Shown piece by piece: positions 6,275 through 6,334 of a stretch of DNA of 6,334 nt; position 1 is the first letter of the stretch, and every line of letters starts with the position of its first letter. A model generated the notes under the pieces. It ran no database searches, was not told the origin of the DNA, and saw only the letters and a list, made by a program, of their open reading frames with translations. The position numbers were made by a program, and so were the translations under genes. Location: the NCBI GenBank assembly GCA_051294375.1, contig JBJCIZ010001350.1:1-6334 (forward strand), read 5' to 3'. The stretch comes from Paraspadella gotoi. Its lineage: Eukaryota > Animalia > Chaetognatha.

Positions 6275-6334
6275 TGAATCCAACCCATCTCATGAGGCTC
6301 ACCATAGCCTTAAGCCTGGCAAACGCGAAGCAAA
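6274..6334 (+). other. Either the start of the 3' LTR (TG at 6275) or the start of a signal-peptide-like ORF (MNPTHLMRLTIALSLANAKQ...)
   Basis: TG directly follows the purine tract. The overlapping ATG at 6274 opens a frame with no stop to the window end. The two readings cannot be separated within the window. Confidence 0.35.

Larger units (their letters stand above)
1..6334 (+). mobile_element. LTR retrotransposon, Ty3/Gypsy-like domain order (gag-PR-RT-RH-IN), internal region, frameshifted as given and running off both window edges
   Basis: Colinear + strand motifs: DTGAS (882-896), LLWEYRDVF (1779-1805), KWRLI-ADY (2065-2089), Y-V-DD (2393-2403), YADA (2865-2876), NPADFLTR (3219-3242), HQHYGH...CDNC (4474-4589), D/E at 4842/4949, YSGPHKVV (5359-5382). 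Integrase after RNase H excludes Ty1/copia, and a DDE integrase excludes DIRS. The boundaries are window limits, not mapped element ends. Confidence 0.93.

Overview
The window is almost entirely the internal part of one + strand LTR retrotransposon with Ty3/Gypsy (Metaviridae-like) domain order: gag-like 3' half, protease, RT, RNase H, integrase with a GPY/F module. The ORF track shows only fragments because the polyprotein is broken by many 1-2 nt indels. When frames are switched by hand, most catalytic motifs reappear in the right order and spacing: DTGAS, YVDD, DAS..E..D..NPAD, HHCC, D(35)E and YSGPHKVV. Many indels sit in homopolymer runs, so part of the apparent decay may be long-read error. 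Unusual points: an RNase H with BEL/Pao- and DIRS-like motifs inside a Gypsy-like RT/IN, a ~1 kb unexplained RNase H-integrase spacer, and a modular 3' region. That region has a 5x14-bp array, a basic ORF with E-box repeats, a 6x~46-bp A/T-tract array, and a purine tract followed by either the 3' LTR or a signal-peptide-like (env-like) ORF start. The 5' LTR and PBS are not in the window. All calls come from manual motif reading; no searches were run.
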